Assembly: GCA_009694045.1 (NCBI GenBank)
Contig: SHVY01000002.1
Coordinates: 39,491-103,490, forward strand
Direction: 5' to 3'
Source: Alphaproteobacteria bacterium
GTDB lineage: Bacteria; Pseudomonadota; Alphaproteobacteria; SP197
Length of the DNA: 64,000 bases
The notes beneath the pieces are model-generated. The model was not told where the DNA came from, searched no databases, and worked only from the letters and a program-made list of their open reading frames with translations. Each line of letters begins with the position of its first letter. The first letter of the stretch is position 1. Both the position numbers and the translations under genes were made by a program. Of this stretch, positions 63,583 through 64,000 are shown one piece after another.

Positions 63583-63879
63583 TCAGTGCGGCGCCGACGA
63601 CTGCCGGGTGAATGTCACGAGTGGCTCGCAGGATCCTTTGGCCAAGTTGCGCCGCACGACATCCGCGAAGGATTTTGTGTCCTTGATCTGTTGCAGTCCC
63701 AAGGGTGTGAAGGTCTCCGGACCAAAGGCGTTGGCGGCAAGCAGGGGGTTCGTCAGGGCTTGGGAGAAAGCGCCGGATCCGACCATCTGCCCCATGAGTG
63801 GCGGGATGACGGAGGTCTTGCCACGGCCCTCGGCAATGAGCCAGCTCGACCCGATCGACCCCCTTGACGCCACCAACAT
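63583..63879 (-). CDS. Hypothetical ORF or fragment in a lower-GC segment at the window end (weak VirD4/TraG-like GK..VIPxL resemblance)
   Basis: MLVASRGSIGSSWLIAEGRGKTSVIPPLMGQMVGSG... Four codons upstream of the ATG there is an in-frame TAG, and the frame stays open above it. Confidence 0.25.
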   Translation of the reverse strand: MLVASRGSIGSSWLIAEGRGKTSVIPPLMGQMVGSGAFSQALTNPLLAANAFGPETFTPLGLQQIKDTKSFADVVRRNLAKGSCEPLVTFTRQSSAPH

Positions 63880-64000
63880 CCGGGTCGACGACTATCCCGA
63901 TCTATTCACCGGACGAAGCGTGATACGTGCGGCGGGATCACGGGTGGCGTTTTGGACGCGGGGATGTGTGGCGTCTGATTGGCGTGGTTTGGTGTCGAAG

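Overview
This is a high-GC (~67%) chromosomal segment that looks alphaproteobacterial; most coding sequence is on the minus strand. I found no tRNA, rRNA, CRISPR array or intact IS element.

What the window contains:
- A complete, tightly packed division/cell-wall (dcw) cluster on the minus strand, 49526->30059: mraZ-rsmH-ftsL-ftsI-murE-murF-mraY-murD-ftsW-murG-murC-murB-ddl-ftsQ-ftsA-ftsZ-lpxC. Immediately downstream are bamD, recN and ligA, with recN-ligA translationally coupled.
- A bacterial type-A RNase P RNA (rnpB) on the minus strand (~49850-50258), lying between an AmpD-like amidase gene and mraZ. Upstream of mraZ there is a triple 10-bp-periodic TGGGA repeat that I read as a putative MraZ operator.
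- Housekeeping genes: fumC, thyX, uvrD-like helicase, prmA, an ABC-F ATPase, djlA, an EF-G-like GTPase, degP/htrA, ampG, pxpA, an AsmA-family giant protein and an SspB-like adaptor.
- An accessory catabolic locus at the 5' end: OoxA/OoxB-like FAD oxidases, an ABC substrate-binding protein, a GntR regulator, a class V aminotransferase, RidA and an SDR.
- A peptidase operon: pepP, a small ORF and two tandem DmpA/S58 paralogs.

The main hunt result is an unusual density of disrupted accessory genes next to an intact core:
- In-frame TAG codons at two (possibly three) places. One replaces the invariant Trp of a Rieske CPYHGW motif. Another sits in a small membrane-protein gene with a conserved-looking tail after it.
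- Single-base frameshifts in a CpdA-like phosphodiesterase and in a large gene with SAM, class III adenylate cyclase, STAND-ATPase and TPR domains that runs on into an alpha/beta hydrolase.
- A tail-to-tail junction of a truncated adenylate-cyclase gene and a truncated MBL-fold hydrolase gene, sharing 9 bp (~62589-62598). This looks like a deletion scar.
- Whether these are real pseudogenes or assembly errors has to be decided from read-level data.
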